A stretch of DNA of 64,000 nucleotides from Callorhinchus milii. Its lineage: Eukaryota. The stretch lies in contig NW_024704742.1 of assembly GCF_018977255.1 (NCBI RefSeq), positions 68,636,001-68,700,000 on the forward strand, written 5' to 3'. The notes under the pieces are model-generated. The model saw only the letters and a list, made by a program, of their open reading frames with translations. It was not told the DNA's origin and ran no database searches. Both the position numbers and the translations under genes were made by a program. Of the stretch, positions 63,503 to 64,000 are shown piece after piece (the stretch's first letter is position 1; every line of letters begins with the position of its first letter).

Positions 63503-63654
63503 TTATGCCTCGTTTTGCTGAACAAGTGGAAGTTGCGATCGAAGCACTCAGTGCCAACCCGCCACAGGCTTTCGAGGAGAATGAGTTCATTGATGCTTCT
63601 CGTTTAGTTTACGACGGCGTGCGTGACATCAGGAAAGCAGTGCTGATGATAAGG
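63503..63654 (+). CDS. CTNNA2: Alpha-N-catenin internal coding exon (152 bp, phase 1/0), (V)MPRFAEQVEVAIEALSANPPQAFEENEFIDASRLVYDGVRDIRKAVLMIR
   Basis: Polypyrimidine tract with ccag ending at 63502 and donor gtaagt at 63655. The split codon G|TT gives Val. Lies within ORF 63373..63714. Confidence 0.96.
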
Positions 63655-63713
63655 GTAAGTTTTTCAGCTGTCCAGTTTATTCAGACATTTCAGTGCACAA
63701 ATCTTTTTTTTTA

Positions 63714-63937
63714 AGTCAGCCGATTGTCTGACTCATGCGGCAACCCATCACCATGCTTAAGGGTATCCGAACCAAACTGAGAATTCCATGCACCTACACA
63801 TGGAAATTGCAGAGATAGGATTGTTGGAATGGACTGCGCACTCTCTCCCTGGAGGGGCACATCCTGCTTACCTAATTCTGGAATGTATTAGGCTCAGGTT
63901 GGCAAGAGCCAAGGCTTGGGGACCCCAGAGTGTGCCC
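63714..63937 (+). repeat. Unclassified repeat family X, copy 6
   Basis: Colinear with the 5' part of 33681-34078 and 36417-36800. Confidence 0.8.
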
Positions 63938-64000
63938 CAAATGGCTCAAAAGTATCTCTTTCAAAGTCAGCGTTTATTAAAAACTAGAGTTCTGGGGTCT

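Noticed and set aside
30079..63654. Assignment to CTNNA1, CTNNA3 or vinculin
   Set aside because: Diagnostic peptides (AATQIDSL, LTLAARPQSKVAQDNMDVFKDQ, EGDVDTLDRT, VMPRFAEQVEVAIEALS) match alpha-N-catenin as I recall it. Reciprocal BLASTP would confirm.

Overview
This is AT-rich, repeat-dense vertebrate genomic DNA. The repeat landscape (CR1 and L2 LINEs, Deu-type SINEs, a Penelope relic) suggests a cartilaginous fish, probably a chimaera such as the elephant shark; this is an inference. The whole window lies inside one + strand gene, alpha-N-catenin (CTNNA2). Four internal coding exons are visible (30079-30171, 35169-35325, 39160-39360, 63503-63654), all AG/GT-bounded with compatible phases; start and stop codons lie outside the window. 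The rest is intron, filled with a decayed ~2.9 kb CR1, many L2 fragments, about 30 copies of a tRNA-Ala-derived SINE in old and young subfamilies, older Deu-type SINEs, two MITE-like families, an unclassified ~400 bp repeat (6 copies) and CA/GA-rich satellites. I found no new protein-coding system; nearly all listed ORFs are repeat artefacts. The most interesting signals are non-coding: (1) a modular SINE whose 3' stem-loop loop changed stepwise to match the co-resident L2, with an apparent double-tail intermediate; (2) three short local duplications 1.4-6.5 kb apart; (3) a SINE inserted exactly in the YADD codons of an L2 that itself splits an older SINE; (4) a degenerate hammerhead ribozyme motif; and (5) close inverted repeat pairs in the pre-mRNA. 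Repeat boundaries are approximate, and family names come from recalled consensus features rather than a database search.
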